64,000 bases of DNA, taken from Felis catus (Eukaryota). Where the stretch lies: the NCBI RefSeq assembly GCF_018350175.1, contig NC_058368.1:218304001-218368000 (forward strand). Direction: 5' to 3'. This document shows, in pieces, positions 62,985-64,000 of the stretch. Position 1 is the stretch's first letter; every line of letters starts with the position of its first letter. The notes under the pieces were generated by a model. The model saw only the letters and a program-made list of their open reading frames with translations, was not told where the DNA came from and did not search any database. The translations under genes were made by a program, and so were the position numbers.

Positions 62985-63479
62985 TATCACATTAGTTTCC
63001 TCTTGCTTCTGAAACAAGATATGATAAATTTACTGGCTTAAAACAACACAAATTATTATCTTACAGTTCTGGAGGTAGGAAGTTTGAAATGGGTCTTACT
63101 ATGCTGTCAGGGATGTGTTTCTTTCTGGAGGCTCTAGAGAAGAATCCATTTCTTTGTCTTTACCAAAGAGGTTCCCTATATTCCTTGACTTCTTAACCCT
63201 TCAATCTTCTACGTTAGCAATACTGAGTCCAGTCTTTCCCATGACGCCATCTCCTTCTTGTTCTGACACTTCTACTTCCCTCTTCTCCATTTTAGGATCC
63301 TTGTGATCACATTGTGCCCATGTGGGTAAATCCAGATAACCTCCTTCATTTAAAGTCAGATGATTAGTAACTTTAATTCCACTTGTAACCTTATTTCCCC
63401 CTTGCTAAATGACATAACACATTAATAGATTCCAGGAACTTGATGTATACATCTTTAGGGGATCATTCTGCCTACTGCA
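62985..63479 (-). mobile_element. MaLR LTR (MLT1C/D-like)
   Basis: tggcttaaaacaacacaaattattatcttacagttctggaggtaggaag...atcattctgcctactgca. Confidence 0.88.
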
Positions 63480-63489
63480 TCTGTAAATA

Positions 63490-63642
63490 GCATAAGCATC
63501 AACTGTGAGTTGGCTAGAAATGCAAATTATTGCACCCTATTCAAGTCCTAGTCATTCAGAATCTTTGAGGATGGGGCCCAGGATTCTGTTTTACCAAGAT
63601 TTCCAAGTCATTTTTAGTCACACTAAATTTTGGGAAATGATG
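63490..63642. mobile_element. MER5-like hAT-Charlie element
   Basis: tagaaatgcaaattatt...tcagaatctttgaggatggggcccaggattctgttttaccaag. Confidence 0.75.
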
Positions 63643-64000
63643 GTTTAGGAGACACACATGAAGAATAAGTGACCTTCTTTGTCTAATAAGAATTAACATC
63701 CTAAACTAGAAACATTTCAAGATATTCCCTTATGTATTTTGGATCTTTTCCCAGCTCTTCCTTCCTTGCTTTTGCATTGCTGAACAGTTTACTACCAAAT
63801 CTCTAAATGAATTGCTGTTGCTGTGTCCCTTTCTCTGATCACCTTCCATTCTGTAGTTTATAGACATTTTATTTCTATCCTCCTTCTCTTCTCACCCATT
63901 TCAGGGACATCATTGCTGCTATTACTTCTCTCAAACCAAGATTACACCATGCCAATGCTTCTGGAAAATAAACGTTATCAGGGATTTCTAATCCAGAGTC

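Overview
AT-rich, repeat-dense mammalian genomic DNA. About 28 tRNA-derived Can-SINEs and the L1 sequences point to a carnivoran, most likely a felid. I found no recognisable host protein-coding gene, RNA gene or CRISPR array, so the window looks intergenic or deep intronic. The main element is a full-length ~5.9 kb LINE-1 (+, ~24495-30417) with TSDs, a CpG-rich 5'UTR with a YY1 site, an intact 297-aa ORF1 and an ORF2 broken by 6 frameshifts and 2 nonsense codons. An older 5'-truncated L1 (32551-36800) carries three nested SINEs. The rest is ancient L1M/L2 fragments, MaLR/ERVL LTRs, MER45 and MER5 DNA transposons and microsatellites. The most unusual structure is at 1559-2052: an LTR followed by a tRNA-Trp primer-binding site and a 13-nt 3'-LTR-like stub, all inside a 6-bp direct repeat, which suggests an almost completely collapsed provirus. 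I cannot support a novel biological system here. Subfamily names come from recalled consensus sequences, not a database search, and old-repeat boundaries are approximate.
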